A DNA stretch of 64,000 nt from Neocallimastix sp. 'constans'. Its lineage: Eukaryota. The translations under genes and the position numbers were made by a program. Position 1 is the first letter of the stretch; every line of letters begins with the position of its first letter. The notes under the pieces were generated by a model. It was not told the origin of the DNA. It ran no database searches and saw only the letters and a program-made list of their open reading frames with translations. This document shows positions 61,804 to 64,000 of the stretch, piece by piece. The stretch lies in contig JBODTK010000015.1 in NCBI GenBank assembly GCA_050613775.1, positions 868,001 to 932,000 of the forward strand, given 5' to 3'.

Positions 61804-64000
61804 ATAGTTTAATATTATGCAGACATAAGAAATGCAAAAAAGTTTAATTTAGAAAATGCTTGTTATTATACAGATATACAGATAAACCTGTAATTGTATC
61901 AGTTAAATAATAGAGGCTTAAATTTAAATTTAAATTTAAAAAAATTTTATTAAACATCTTTAAAATATTCAATATAAAAATTTATTATTTGTATTATTTT
62001 TTATATATATAACTAAAATTTCAAAGTTATTGCATTTTTGATTAATTTTATTCATAGAAAATATTGAAAATTTTCCTTTTATATTGAAAATTAGCTAGAA
62101 ATAATAATGGAATAATGGAATAATAAATAATGGAATAATAAATAATAAATAATTTAATAATTGAATAATTGAATAATAAATAATGGAATAATGGAATAAT
62201 GGAATAATGGAATAATAATTAATAAATAATAAATAATTGAATAATAAATAATAAATAATAAATAATGGAATAATGGAATAATAAATAATAAATAATAAAT
62301 AATAAATAATGGAATAATAAATAATTGAATAATAAATAATAAATAATAATTGAATAATAATTTATAGTATAAAGAATTGATTTTTTTCTATTTATTACAT
62401 TTTAACAGTTTAAATTAATACATTTTTTATTTTCATAATAATAATTGTGGCTTAATAAAATGTAATGTGTTTGTATGAATTATTCAAAAGTTTGATTTCA
62501 TTAATTATTTTAATTTGTAATAAATGCGGCTAAAAATAAAAAAAATTAATTATTTTATTCATCATTTTAGTTAATATAAAAAATTTTTTTAATTTTTTTA
62601 TTTTTTATTTTATTATTAATTTAATTATATTAAAAAAAAAAAAAAAAAAACTTTATTTCATTATTGATGGATGATAAATTCAAATTTAATTAAATAAATT
62701 TAAATAAAAATTCATATTAAATTTATATTAAATAAAATTAAATTAAATTAAATTAAATGATTAGTTATTATTTATTATTTATTTATTCCATTGTTTATTA
62801 TTCCATTATTTCATTAAATAAAAGCGAAAAAATATATATATATATATTCAATTATTTATTCCATTATTCCATTATTTATTCAATTATTATTCAATTATTT
62901 ATTCAATTATTATTCAATTATTTATTCAATTATTATTCTATTATTTATTCAATTATTATTCTATTATTTATTCAATTATTATTCTATTATTCAATTATTA
63001 TTCAATTATTTATTTATTATTTATTATTTATTTATTTATTCAATTATTATTTATTTTCTTTTCTCATATTTTCTTTTTTCTTTTTTTTCTTTTCTTTCTT
63101 TTTTCTTTTTTAATTTAATAAGCAAATTTTAATTTTATAATATTAAAATAGATACAAAAAGAATATAAAAATAAAAAAAATTAAAATATTTATTAATTAA
63201 TAAAAGATTGACTCATTTTATAATAATTTATAATAATACTAAATAATAATTTATAATAATACTAAATAATAACTGAATAATTAATGACAAATGAATAATA
63301 AATAATTGAATAATTGAATAATTGAATAATTGAATAATAAATAATAAATAATAAATAATAAATAATAAATAATAAATAATAAATAATATATAATAAATAA
63401 TAAATAATAAATAATAAATAATAAATAATAAATAATTGAATAATAAATAATAAATAATTAAATAATAAATAATAAATAATAAATAATAAATAATAATTAA
63501 TAAATAATAAATAATAAATAATAATTGAATAATAAATAATAATTAATAAATAATAATTGAATAATAAATAATAAATAATAAATAATAAATAATTTGTTTA
63601 TTATTCATTAATTTAATTATTTCTAATTATTCCTATGTAAATAAATGAATAAATAAATATGTTTTTAATAAATATCTATATATAAATAAGTAAATGATGA
63701 AATTAATAAATAAAAAAAAGATTTAAATAAGAATTAAAGTTTTTATATCTTTTCTTTGTATAAAAATGTATTTTTAATAGAAATAAAATTTTAATTAATT
63801 TAATTATATTAAATTTAATTTAATTTAATTTAATTTAATTTATTTCTATCTTTTTTTTTTTTTTTTACTTTTTTTACTTTTTTTAGTTCTTGTATACAAT
63901 TTGATTTTATGTACAAACACAGCAATTCGAGAGTGAATAAAATGAATAAATAAATATTAAATAAATAAATAAATAAATAGTAAATAAATAAATAAATATT

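Overview
Extremely AT-rich, intron-rich eukaryotic DNA. Gene content (a flagellar DRC10/IQCD gene, a solute-binding-protein/class C GPCR fusion) and microsatellite-filled introns point to an anaerobic gut fungus (Neocallimastigomycota); this is an inference. I reconstructed six spliced genes by hand, all with GT-AG introns and phase-consistent, stop-free frames: WDR26/GID7 (-), an alpha/beta-hydrolase + Y_phosphatase3 fusion ending in SKL (-), an SBP-GPCR (+), DRC10/IQCD (+), a 1346-aa membrane-anchored acidic-repeat F-box protein (+) and an otubain deubiquitinase (-). Mobile DNA comprises a 3150-bp copia-type LTR element with identical 360-bp LTRs, a Mutator-like MITE with a 9-bp TSD, and two decayed LINE remnants. 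The best candidate for an undescribed system is the LTR element: it encodes only an extended Gag, and its primer-binding site matches the anticodon arm of tRNA-Lys(CUU), implying half-tRNA priming. Most short ORFs in the supplied track are microsatellite artefacts.
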